Assembly (NCBI GenBank): GCA_047602405.1
Contig: JASGHJ010000002.1
Span: 544,001-608,000, forward strand
DNA length: 64,000 bases
DNA from: Anaeromyxobacteraceae bacterium
GTDB lineage: Bacteria; Myxococcota; Myxococcia; Myxococcales; Anaeromyxobacteraceae
Direction: 5' to 3'
Below, piece by piece: positions 19,962-29,413 of this stretch. The notes beneath the pieces were generated by a model, which was not told where the DNA came from, made no database searches, and saw only the letters and a program-made list of their open reading frames with translations. Position 1 is the first letter of the stretch; the number at the start of each line of letters is the position of its first letter. A program made the translations under genes and the position numbers.

Positions 19962-21115
19962 CGAACCCCAGGAACGTCGTCGTCTTCATGGGCACCCGCC
20001 CGGAGGCGATCAAGCTCGCCCCGGTCGTCGCCGCGCTGCGCGCCGCCCCGGACGTCCGCTGCACCGTGGTCGCCACGGGCCAGCACAAGGAGATGTTCCG
20101 GCAGGTCGCCGAGACCTTCGGGATGGGCGTCGACGCCGACCTCGACGTCATGCGCCCGAACCAGACCCTCGCCGGCCTCACCGCGCGGCTCATGGAGGGG
20201 ATCGACGGCTGGCTCGAGAAGGGCGGCTTCGACCTCGCCATCGTCCAGGGCGACACCACCACCGTCCTCGTCGCGGCGCTCGCCTGCTTCTACCGGCGGA
20301 TCCCCATCGGCCACGTCGAGGCGGGCCTGAGGACCGGCAACATCTGGTCGCCGTTCCCCGAGGAGGTCAACCGCAAGCTCGCGACGCCCATCGTCTCCCT
20401 GCACTGGGCGCCCACCACCTCCGCGCGCGACGCGCTCCTGCGCGAGGGCGTGGACCCGAAGACCATCACCGTCACCGGCAACACCGTGATCGACGCCCTC
20501 CTCATGGAGGTCGGCCGCCAGAAGGCGGAGCCGGCGCTGCGCGCCGGGATCGACGCCGAGCTCTCCGCGCTCCTCGGCCCGGGCTGGGACCGCGGCCCCT
20601 ACGTGCTCGTCACCGGCCACCGCCGCGAGAACTTCGGCGACGGCATCGCGCAGATCTGCGAGGCCATCGCCACGCTCGGCAAGCGCTTCCCGGATCACCG
20701 CTTCGTCTACCCGGTGCACCTCAACCCGAACGTGTCGGTGCACGTGAACCGGCTGCTCGGCGGCGTGCCGAACGTGAAGCTCATCCCGCCGCAGGGCTAC
20801 CGGAACTTCGTGGCGCTCCTCGCCCACTCCCGCCTCGTCCTCACCGACTCCGGCGGCGTGCAGGAGGAGGCCCCCTCGCTCGGGAAGCCCGTGCTCGTCA
20901 TGCGCGACACCACCGAGCGCCCCGAGGGCGTCGAGGCGGGCACCGCGCTCCTCACCGGCCCGAAGGCCGAGGCCATCGTCTCGCACGCGACCCGGCTCCT
21001 CTCGGATCCGGCCGCCCACGAGGCCATGGCGCGCGCGCGGAACCCGTACGGCGACGGCAAGGCCGCCGGGCGGATCCTCGAGTCCCTGCGGGCGTTCCTC
21101 GCGGCGCGCGGGTAG
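19958..21115 (+). CDS. wecB: UDP-N-acetylglucosamine 2-epimerase (non-hydrolysing)
   Basis: GTRPEAIK, GQHKEM, QGDTTT, HVEAGLRT, TDSGGVQEEAP, NPYGDG. Confidence 0.95.
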   Translation: MTNPRNVVVFMGTRPEAIKLAPVVAALRAAPDVRCTVVATGQHKEMFRQVAETFGMGVDADLDVMRPNQTLAGLTARLMEGIDGWLEKGGFDLAIVQGDTTTVLVAALACFYRRIPIGHVEAGLRTGNIWSPFPEEVNRKLATPIVSLHWAPTTSARDALLREGVDPKTITVTGNTVIDALLMEVGRQKAEPALRAGIDAELSALLGPGWDRGPYVLVTGHRRENFGDGIAQICEAIATLGKRFPDHRFVYPVHLNPNVSVHVNRLLGGVPNVKLIPPQGYRNFVALLAHSRLVLTDSGGVQEEAPSLGKPVLVMRDTTERPEGVEAGTALLTGPKAEAIVSHATRLLSDPAAHEAMARARNPYGDGKAAGRILESLRAFLAARG

Positions 21116-21145
21116 GCCGCCGCCGCGCCGCCGACGGGGCTCCGG

Positions 21146-23092
21146 CTACAGCCGGACCCCGTTGCGCTCGCACCAGCGCACGAGCACGTAGAGCGCCCAG
21201 ATGCGGCTCCAGTAGAGCCCGGCGCCGCCCTCGAGGAAGCCCTTCCAGAGCCTCCCCACGACGTCCGGCGAGAGGCCGGCGGCCTTCACGAGGGCGGGGT
21301 CGCGCAGCGTCGCGTCGACCGAGTCCCTCAGTCCGCGGCGGATCCACCGATCGAAGGGCAGCACGAAGCCGGACTTCGGGCGCTCGAAGATGGCGGGGTC
21401 GAGCCCCTTCAGGCCCACCCGCCGCAGGATCGACTTCTTGCCCACCGGGTCGTAGCGGAGGGCGTCCGGGAGCCGGTCCACCGCCTCGAAGAGCGCCTGG
21501 TCGACGAGCGGGACGCGCTGCTCGAGGGAGACCGCCATCGAGGCGACGTCGTTGTCGCGCAGCAGGCGCTCCGCGAGGAAGAGCCGCTGCTCGAGCACCG
21601 AGATGGTCGAGAGCGGGGAGCGGCCGCGGGTCTCCTGCGCGAGGCGCGCGTGCATCGCGCGCGGGAGCCCGTCCTCGAGCGCGCCCGCGAGGCCCGGGGC
21701 GAGGAGGTCCTGCTGGAACGAAGGGAGGTAGAGCGCGTAGGCGAACTGGTACAGGGCGGTGAGGTCGTCGCCGCGCTCGACCATGTCGGGCAGCTTCGCC
21801 CAGCGGGTCTGCGGAGGGATCCCACCCTGCGACGGCGAGCGCAGCGCCGCCGCGGCGACCGAGGCGCCCGCGGTGAGCACCTTGCGGGGCAACCAGCGGG
21901 TGGCGCGGGCGAAGCGGTGGAGCACCGGCAGGTCGCGAAACGACGAGTAGCCGCCGAAGAGCTCGTCGCCGCCCGTGCCCGCGACGGCGACGGTGAAGCC
22001 GGCGTGGCGGATGGCGCGCGAGAGCACGAAGGCGTTGATGGCGTCGAAGGTCGGCTGGTCGATGCCGTCGATGGCGGCGTCGAGCTCTCCGCGGAAGCCG
22101 TCCTCGGTGAGGACGATCTCCCGGTGCTCGGTGCCGATCGCGGCCGCGATCCGGCGCGCGATCGGGCCCTCGTTGAGCTCCTGCTCCTCGAAGGCGAGGG
22201 TGAAGGTGTGCACCGGCATCGGCGACACCTTCCTCGCGATGTTCGCGACGGCGGACGAGTCCACGCCGCCGGAGAGGAAGACCGCGAGCGGCACGTCGGA
22301 GGCGAGGTGCAGGCGCACGCTCTCCTCGACGAGCTCGCCGAGGCGCGCCTCGGTCATGTCGGCGGCGGGCGGGCGCTCCGGGATGCGCCAGAAGTCCTCC
22401 GCCCACACCTCCGCGCCCCGGGCGTCCACCTCGACCGCGCGGCCGGGCCAGAGCATCTCGACGCCCTCGACGGCGGTGCCCGGGCCGACCACGTAGCCGT
22501 TCCACACCACCGAGGCGACGGCCGCGGGCGAGAGGCGCGGCGTGCCGAGCAGGCCCGACGCGACGAGCGCGCGCACCTCGGAGGCGAACGCGAGGGACCA
22601 GCCGGCGGCCTCGGGGTCGGCGGGGCGCGCGACGTAGAGCGGCTTGATGCCGAGGGGGTCGCGGGCGAGGAGGAGCCGGCGGGTCTTCGGGTTCCAGCGG
22701 GCCACGGCGAACATCCCACGCAGCCAGCGGAGCGCGTCCGGACCGTGAAGGCCGAGCGCGCGCAGCATGACCTGGGAGTCGCCGCTCGACTCGAACCGCT
22801 GGCCGGCGGCGGTGAGGCGGTCGCGCAGCGCGACGTAGTTGTAGATCTCGCCGTTGAAGACCATCGTCTCGCCGGTGACCGCGTCGGTCATCGGCTGCGC
22901 GCCGGCGGGCGAGAGGTCGAGGATGGCGAGGCGGCGGTGGGCGAGGATGGCGCCCCAGCCCCGCGCGTCCGGCGTGGTCTCCCAGACCCCCTCGCCGTCG
23001 GGCCCGCGGTGCTTCAGGGCGCCGTGCATGCGCGCCAGCGCCTCACGGTTGCGCTGGTCGAGCCTGCCCACGATGCCGGAGATTCCACACAT
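21146..23092 (-). CDS. asnB: Asparagine synthase (glutamine-hydrolysing)-like amidotransferase
   Basis: MCGISG Ntn start, HRGPD, HRRLAILDLS, NGEIYNY, LSGGVDSS, GGDELFGGY. Confidence 0.93.
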   Translation of the reverse strand: MCGISGIVGRLDQRNREALARMHGALKHRGPDGEGVWETTPDARGWGAILAHRRLAILDLSPAGAQPMTDAVTGETMVFNGEIYNYVALRDRLTAAGQRFESSGDSQVMLRALGLHGPDALRWLRGMFAVARWNPKTRRLLLARDPLGIKPLYVARPADPEAAGWSLAFASEVRALVASGLLGTPRLSPAAVASVVWNGYVVGPGTAVEGVEMLWPGRAVEVDARGAEVWAEDFWRIPERPPAADMTEARLGELVEESVRLHLASDVPLAVFLSGGVDSSAVANIARKVSPMPVHTFTLAFEEQELNEGPIARRIAAAIGTEHREIVLTEDGFRGELDAAIDGIDQPTFDAINAFVLSRAIRHAGFTVAVAGTGGDELFGGYSSFRDLPVLHRFARATRWLPRKVLTAGASVAAAALRSPSQGGIPPQTRWAKLPDMVERGDDLTALYQFAYALYLPSFQQDLLAPGLAGALEDGLPRAMHARLAQETRGRSPLSTISVLEQRLFLAERLLRDNDVASMAVSLEQRVPLVDQALFEAVDRLPDALRYDPVGKKSILRRVGLKGLDPAIFERPKSGFVLPFDRWIRRGLRDSVDATLRDPALVKAAGLSPDVVGRLWKGFLEGGAGLYWSRIWALYVLVRWCERNGVRL

Positions 23093-23266
23093 CTCGCACC
23101 CGCCGTATTGGTGAGTGAAAACGGTAGCACGCAACGGTACACACCCGTTGTACCGCCCTCATGGACGGGCCCCCGGGCGGGCCTCCTCCCCTCACTCGCC
23201 GTGTCGCTTGCCCCCGGGATGGCCCCCGCGGGCCCCATACCGCAGGATGTGCGCCCCCAACCGACG

Positions 23267-24539
23267 ATGAACGACCGCCTCTCGATCCTGCACGTCTCGA
23301 TGATGCCCTCGAGCCCGCCGCGCTTCGGCGCCCAGGCGCGCATGCACGGGCTGCTCGTCGAGCTCGCGAAGCGCCACGACGTGACCGCGCTCGCCCTCCA
23401 CGACGACGGCTTCGACGTGGAGGAGGCCCGCCAGGCGATGGGCGCCTACTGCCGCGAGGTGGTGCTCGTCCCGAACCCGAACGGCCAGGCCGGCCTCGTG
23501 AAGCGCACCCTGCAGCTCCGCTCGATCGCCTCCCCGCGGAGCTACGAGCGGCTGCGGCACGAGATCCCGGGCCTGCAGGCGGTCATCGACCGGCTCATGA
23601 CGGCCACCCGGTTCGACGTCGTGAACCTCGAGTTCCCGTACCTCGCCCACTACGACTACCGCCGCGCGCCGCCGGGGGCGCCGTTCCCGCCGACCGTGGT
23701 GGACGCCCACGACATCGCCTGGGACATCGTCCGCCAGGTGTCGGTGAACCCGAAGGTGAGCCGGGGCCGGCGCCTGTACGCGCGGCTCAACTGGCCGAAG
23801 CTCAGGCGGGAGGAGACCGAGGTCTTCCGCGCCGCCGACGCGACGGCGGTCTGCAGCGACCTCGACGGCGCGCGGCTGCTCGCCGACGTGCCCGGGGCGC
23901 GCGTGAAGGTGATCCCCAACGCGGCGGACGTCGAGTTCTACCGGCCCCGGCCCGAGGACCCTCCACCCGACGGGCGGACGGTGCTCTTCTTCGGGCTCCT
24001 CTCCACGATGCCCAACATGGACGGCATCGCCCACTTCGTGCAGGACATCTGGCCGCACGTGCTCGCCCGCCGCCCCGACGCCCGCTTCAAGATCGTGGGC
24101 AAGAGCCCGCCGCCCCAGGTCGCGGCGCTCGCGGGGCCGTCCATCGAGCTCACCGGCTTCGTGGACGACCTGCGCCCGCACCTCTCCGCCGCGTCCGCCA
24201 TCGTGGTCCCGCTCCGCATGGGGAGCGGCACGCGGCTCAAGAATCCTCGAGGCGATGGCGCAGGGGAAGGGCATCGTCTCGACGCGCCTCGGGGCCGAGG
24301 GCATCGACGTCGAGCCGGGCCGCCACCTGCTCGTGGAGGACGCCCCCGAGGCGTTCGCGGGCGAGGTGGTGCGGCTCCTCGACGACCCCGCCCTCGGCGC
24401 GCGGCTCGGCGCGGCCGCCCGCACGCTCGCGGTCGAGCGGTACGCGTGGGGCGCCGCGGCGCAGGCGCTCGAGGGGCTCTACCGCGAGGTCATCCTCGCG
24501 CGGCGGGACGGCGTGAACGGAAAGGGTGGGAGATCGTGA
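23267..24539 (+). CDS. Glycosyltransferase family 4; +1 frameshift at GAATC 24241-24245
   Basis: VIPNAADV, TGFVDDLRP; deleting one A restores GSGTRLKILEAMAQGKGIVST. Confidence 0.88.
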
Positions 24540-25591
24540 AGGCAGCCCTCATCGGCGCGGGACAGATCGCGCGCCAGCACCTCGCGTGCCTGCAGACGCT
24601 CCCGGGCGTCGAGGTCGCGGGCGTGTGCGACCTCTCGCCGGCGGTGGCGGAGGCCGCGGCCGAGCGCTACGGCGTCGGCCGCTGGTTCACCGACCACCGC
24701 GAGATGCTCCGCGAGGTGAAGCCGGACGTCGTGCACGTCACGACGCCGCCCACCTCGCACGCGAAGCTCTCGCAGGACGCCATCGACGCCGGCGCGCACG
24801 TGGTCGTCGAGAAGCCGATCACCGCCTCCTGGGCCGAGTACGAGGCGCTCGCGGCGTACGCCGCCGCGAAGGGCCGGGCCCTCGTCGAGGACCACAACTA
24901 CGTCTTCAACTCCGCGCCGCAGGAGATCCTGCGCCGGGTCGAGTCCGGCGAGCTCGGCAAGGTCGTCCACGTGGACGTCCTCATCTGCCTCGACATCCTC
25001 GGGCCGGACGGCTTCGCCGACCCGAACGTGAAGAACCCGATCCTGGCCGTCCCGGGCGGCGCCATCGCGGACTTCCTGCCCCACCTCGCCTCGCTCGCGC
25101 ACGCCTTCATCGGCGGGCACACCGAGGCGCACGGCCTCTGGGGCAAGCGCCGCCCCGGCGTGCTGCCCTTCGACGAGTTCCACGGGGTGGTGCAGGGCGA
25201 GCGCGGCACCGCGACGCTGGGCTTCTCGTCCACCTCCCAGCCCGACGGCTTCTGGCTGCGCGTCTACGGCGAGAAGCAGCAGGCCACCGCGAACCTGTTC
25301 GAGACCCGGCTCACCTTCACGAAGGTCCGCCCCGGACCGAAGCCCCTCGTGCCGCTCAAGAACGGGCTCGAGGAGGGGAAGGAGACCCGGCGGGCCGCGA
25401 TGAACACGCTGCTCCGCAAGTTCAAGAAGACCCCGGGCGCCTACGAGGGGCTCTGGGAGCTGCTCCGCCGGACCTACGCGGCGCTCCAGGCCGGCGGGAA
25501 GCTGCCGGTGGGCCCCGGGGAGGTCCGGGCGGTGAACGCGCTGGTCGAGGCCTTGAAGCCGCGCCAGGCGGCGGGGGAGGTGCGGTCGTGA
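24536..25591 (+). CDS. Gfo/Idh/MocA oxidoreductase
   Basis: IGAGQIA, TTPPTSH, HVVVEKP. Confidence 0.88.
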   Translation: MKAALIGAGQIARQHLACLQTLPGVEVAGVCDLSPAVAEAAAERYGVGRWFTDHREMLREVKPDVVHVTTPPTSHAKLSQDAIDAGAHVVVEKPITASWAEYEALAAYAAAKGRALVEDHNYVFNSAPQEILRRVESGELGKVVHVDVLICLDILGPDGFADPNVKNPILAVPGGAIADFLPHLASLAHAFIGGHTEAHGLWGKRRPGVLPFDEFHGVVQGERGTATLGFSSTSQPDGFWLRVYGEKQQATANLFETRLTFTKVRPGPKPLVPLKNGLEEGKETRRAAMNTLLRKFKKTPGAYEGLWELLRRTYAALQAGGKLPVGPGEVRAVNALVEALKPRQAAGEVRS

Positions 25592-26601
25592 GGGCGCTCG
25601 TCACGGGGGCGAACGGGTTCCTGGGCCGGCACGTGGTGGACGCGCTCGTCGCGCGGGGCCACCAGGTGCGCGCGCTCGTGCGCCCGGCGGCGAAGCTCGA
25701 GCCGCTCGGCTGGCCGGCGTCGGTCGAGGTGGTGCGCGCCGACCTGCGCGCCTCGCGCGACCTCGAGCAGGCCTTCGAGGGCGTGGACGTGCTCGTGCAC
25801 CTCGCCGCGGCGGTGACCGGCGGCGAGGACCTGCAGTTCGCGGCCACCGTGTCCGGCACCGAGAAGCTGCTCGCGGCCATGGCGCGGACGTCCTGCCGGC
25901 GCCTCGTGCTCGCGTCCTCGTTCTCGGTCTACGACTGGAGCAACATCCACGGGACGCTCGACGAGACCTCTCCCATCGAGCCCCCGCCCGACCTCTACGA
26001 GCGCGACGGCTACTCGATCGCGAAGTCGTGGCAGGAGCGGGTGACCCGGCGGGCGGCCGAGGCACACGGCTGGGAGCTCACCGTGCTCCGGCCGGGCTTC
26101 ATCTGGGGCCGCGACCACGCCTACCTCGCCGCGCTCGGCCAGCAAATCGGCAAGCTCCACGTGGTCATCGGGCCCACCTCGCACATCCCGATGACCCACG
26201 TCGAGAACTGCGCGGACCTCTTCGCGCTGTGCGCGGAGGACCCCCGCGCCCGCGGGAGGACGCTCAACGTCGTGGACGGCCCCGGCGAGCGGATCTGGAG
26301 CTTCCTCGGCGACTACCTCCGCGGCTCGAAGGAGCGCGGCTTCCGCATCCCGGTGCCGTACTTCCTCGTGTACGCGGTGGTGGCGCTCGCCTACGCCACG
26401 ATCTTCAAGCGCAACCCGAAGCTGCCGCACGTCCTCGTGCCGTGCCGCTTCCAGTCGCGGCTGAAGCCGCTGCGCTACACGAACCGGCTCGCCCAGGAGC
26501 TCCTGGGCTGGCGCCCGCCGCTCTCGCACGCGGAGTGCCTCGAGCGCACGTTCGGCCCCGAGCGGCCGAGGGCGATCGCCGCGCAGGCCCGGGCGGCCTG
26601 A
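25588..26601 (+). CDS. NAD-dependent epimerase/dehydratase
   Basis: LVTGANGFLG, VHLAA, YSIAK, LRPGFIWG. Confidence 0.88.
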   Translation: MRALVTGANGFLGRHVVDALVARGHQVRALVRPAAKLEPLGWPASVEVVRADLRASRDLEQAFEGVDVLVHLAAAVTGGEDLQFAATVSGTEKLLAAMARTSCRRLVLASSFSVYDWSNIHGTLDETSPIEPPPDLYERDGYSIAKSWQERVTRRAAEAHGWELTVLRPGFIWGRDHAYLAALGQQIGKLHVVIGPTSHIPMTHVENCADLFALCAEDPRARGRTLNVVDGPGERIWSFLGDYLRGSKERGFRIPVPYFLVYAVVALAYATIFKRNPKLPHVLVPCRFQSRLKPLRYTNRLAQELLGWRPPLSHAECLERTFGPERPRAIAAQARAA

Positions 26602-26783
26602 ACCACGGTTCGCGACCCTCGATCAGCTGACGCTGCTCGAGGATCGCGCCGTGGTTCAGGGTCTTCTTCGTCTTGGGGGGCTTCGCCCCCCTCCCCGACG
26701 AGCGCGGCTCGTCGGGGCCCCTCCCGGTTCGTGGGGGCCCTGGCGCGCTTCGTCCCTCGCCTCCGGCTCGGGACTCGCGCGCC
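26597..26783. repeat. Cluster of consecutive hairpins between convergent genes (terminator plus REP-like element)
   Basis: CCTGAACCACGG/CCGTGGTTCAGG (26597-26660) with pyrimidine tail; GGGGGGC-TTC-GCCCCCC; CCCCGACGAGC-GCG-GCTCGTCGGGG; further stems to 26783. Confidence 0.6.
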
Positions 26784-26829
26784 GCCCCACGGAGAGGACC
26801 TGTTTCCTCCGGGGCGGTCGCCCCGCGGC

Positions 26830-28267
26830 CTACTTGCGGGTCTCGGCGAGCACCGGCAGCCCGAGGTTGCGCTCGACCTGCCAGCGCTCCTCCACGCGGC
26901 CCCGGTAGACGTCGTAGACGGTGGCGGCGAAGACGGCGCACACCGCCCCGCCGACGATCCCGCCGAGGACCAGGATGAGCCCCATCGGCCGCAGGGGGCC
27001 CTTCGGCATCTGCGGCGGCGAGATCACGCTGTAGCGCTCGCGGAAGGACGCCTGGGCGGTGTCGAGCTCGAATCCGGGCGGCGTCGATGCGCTGCACCAG
27101 CCCGGCGCGGCGGCGCAGCAGCGCCTCGATCTGGCCCCGCTCGTAGTCGAGCCGCGGATCGTCCACCTCGAGGATCCGCGCGCGCGTGGCGTTGAGCTCC
27201 TCCTGGACGTTGCCGGGCGAGGGCAGCGGGGCCGCGCCGCCGGTGGCCGCGGCGCGCTGCGCGAGGAGGGCCTCGAGCTTCTTGATCTCGTCGCGGAGCT
27301 CGTGCACCTGCGGCGACGGCTGGGCGAGGCTCTCGATGGCCTGCCGCGTGCTGACCACGGTGGGGTGCCCCTCGGCGTACTCGCCGCGCTGCTGCTCGAG
27401 CTGGACCTGCAGCTCGCCGAGCCGGCGCTGCCGGAAGCCCTCGAGGTCGTCGAGGGCGCGCCGGCGGGCGACGAGGAGGCCCTCGAGCCGGACGCTCTCC
27501 TCGTCGCGGGCCACGGCGGCCCGGGGCTGGCCGGTGCGGCGCGCCGGGACGGCCGTGCGGCCGCGCAGGCTGCGCTCGCGCTCCTCGAACTGCTGCAGCG
27601 CGGTGGCAATCTCCTTCTCGAGGCGGGCGTCGTGCACCTGCAGGATCGTGATCGCCTCGCCCACGGCGCCGATGTCCGCGGCGTTGCGGGACTCGAGGAA
27701 GCTCTGCACCGCGGCCTGCACCACGTCGAAGGCGATCTGGGGATCGGCCCAGTCGAAGCCGATCGTGACCGTCCCCTCCTGCGTGACGTTCACCCACAGC
27801 CGCTTGTCGAGGGCGAGGGCGAGGTCCTCGGTGATCTGCTCGGTCGTCCGGGCCGTGCCGGAGAGGCGCTCGGAGAGCCAGTCGCGCAGGCGCGACGCCG
27901 GCGAGCGGGTCTCGAGGTAGCGCTCCACGAGGTGCGTCTGGTTCACGAGCGCGACGAGGTTGTCGTGCGCGACGATGACCTCGCGCGCGGCCCGGGTCGG
28001 GACATCGAGCTGCCGGTTCACCTCGGGGTTCGACAGCACCCCCATGATCGAGCCCTTCTGGGCGAGGATCGAGGCGCGGACCTCGTACTTCGCCGGCAGG
28101 ATCCGGGCGAGGACGAGGGCGATCGCGAGGACGCCGAGGTGCACCGCGATCGCCAGGCGGCGGTGGCGGCCGGGGGCGCGGAGCGCGAAGCCGACCCAGT
28201 CGGCGATCGGGCCGAAGACCTCGCCTTGATCGGGGGTGTAGCTGCCGGAGGGGCCGGGGTAGCTCAA
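26830..28267 (-). CDS. Polysaccharide co-polymerase, copy 2; +1 frameshift at 27070-27074
   Basis: GGAG with TTG start; YAEGHP motif; corrected IELDTAQASFRERY matches IELDTARAAFPYRY of copy 1. Confidence 0.82.
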
Positions 28268-28278
28268 GGCAGTGCTCC

Positions 28279-28890
28279 TCAGCGCACGATGAAGCAGCCG
28301 ACGATGCGGTCGCGGCCGATGAGCTCGATCGTGCGGCGGGCCTCGGAGAGGCGGGTCTTGCCGAGGTGGAAGGTGAGGACGACGGCGTCCGCGAACTGGG
28401 CGACGGCGAGGCCGAGCGGCTCGTTCACGACGGGCGGGATGGAGATGACGAGGCGGGCCGAGGGCGCGAGCGCAAGCGCCTGGTTGCCGGACGTCGCGCC
28501 GGCGTCGCCCGGGCGCCCGCCGACCTCCACGATGCCCGCGTCGCCGTTCGGGCCCCCCGGGTTTCGCTCCGCACCCTGGCGGGCCCGGTCGACGTACTGC
28601 TGCAGGTCGGAGAGGGCGCGCGCGGAGTCGTAGCCGAGGCGGGTCACCGAGATGGCGGTGACGGGCTCCTCGATGAGCTCCTTGCCGACGTCCGCGAGCT
28701 TCTTCGCGACGTCCGCGGCGGGGACCTCGGCGTCCGCGGGCACGACGACGAGCGACGTCCACCTGCGCTTGGCGAGCGCGAGCCAGAGCTCCTGGTACTC
28801 GGGGGCATGTCCCGGCTCGCCGGCCGGTGAGTTCGCAGAGGCCGCCGCGCCGTCATGCTGCGTCGCGTGGTCGTCGGGTTTGGTGCTCAA
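28279..28890 (-). CDS. Stand-alone BY-pseudokinase-like protein, copy 2
   Basis: GAGG with TTG start; ELWLALAKRRWTSLVVVPAD, LVISIPP, AQFADAVVL...GKT...IGRDRIVGC. Confidence 0.75.
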   Translation of the reverse strand: MSTKPDDHATQHDGAAASANSPAGEPGHAPEYQELWLALAKRRWTSLVVVPADAEVPAADVAKKLADVGKELIEEPVTAISVTRLGYDSARALSDLQQYVDRARQGAERNPGGPNGDAGIVEVGGRPGDAGATSGNQALALAPSARLVISIPPVVNEPLGLAVAQFADAVVLTFHLGKTRLSEARRTIELIGRDRIVGCFIVR

Positions 28891-29288
28891 GGGACCTCGG
28901 AGAAGCGGTGGTATCCCCGCATGAAAAGCCTGAATTCCGCCGAGGGTCAAGCCGTGTGGACGAGGGGACGGCGCGGGCCTCCCGGGAGCGCCAGGACGTG
29001 GTGTCCGGCGGGGTCGCGGCCGGCGCTGCGTGGTCCCCCCCACCGGCCGACCGCTCGCGAGGTGCGCGCCGGGTGGGCCCGGGGGCGCCGCTCCGCGCGC
29101 TCCCGCGCGTCGTGTGCGCGTGGGGCAGCGAGGACGTCGCGCGCCGCTCTTTTTGGGTGGGGAGGAAGCGGGAGCGAGCGCGCGCGGAGGCGTACGGGAT
29201 GGTGCGCTCGCCTGGCGCGGCGCTCGGGCGTGTCCGCTCAGGGCCGAAACTCCCCGGGAAACGCTGCAGGCCGGAAAACCCGGCAAGA

Positions 29289-29304
29289 TGTGATCTGACT
29301 CACA
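29289..29304. promoter_or_regulatory. Perfect CRP-family box TGTGA-N6-TCACA in the divergent EPS promoter region
   Basis: TGTGATCTGACTCACA; candidate -10 TAGAAT at 29375-29380. Confidence 0.65.
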
Positions 29305-29413
29305 GTGACGCCGACATGCCACGTTCCGGTGGGGTGTCCTGACACCACGGGACGGTATGTGCGCAACAAATCTATAGAATCCCGTCGTCACCCTGGTTCC
29401 ACGGAGTCGAACG

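Noticed and set aside
2753..23085. Other GATTC/GAATC sites (about 2753, 6805, 7725, 8808, 23081)
   Set aside because: All are in frame within intact proteins, so they are genuine sequence.
21650..25591. Apparent 1313-aa GT4-oxidoreductase fusion
   Set aside because: Created by the +1 insertion at 24241; correction gives two normal overlapping genes.
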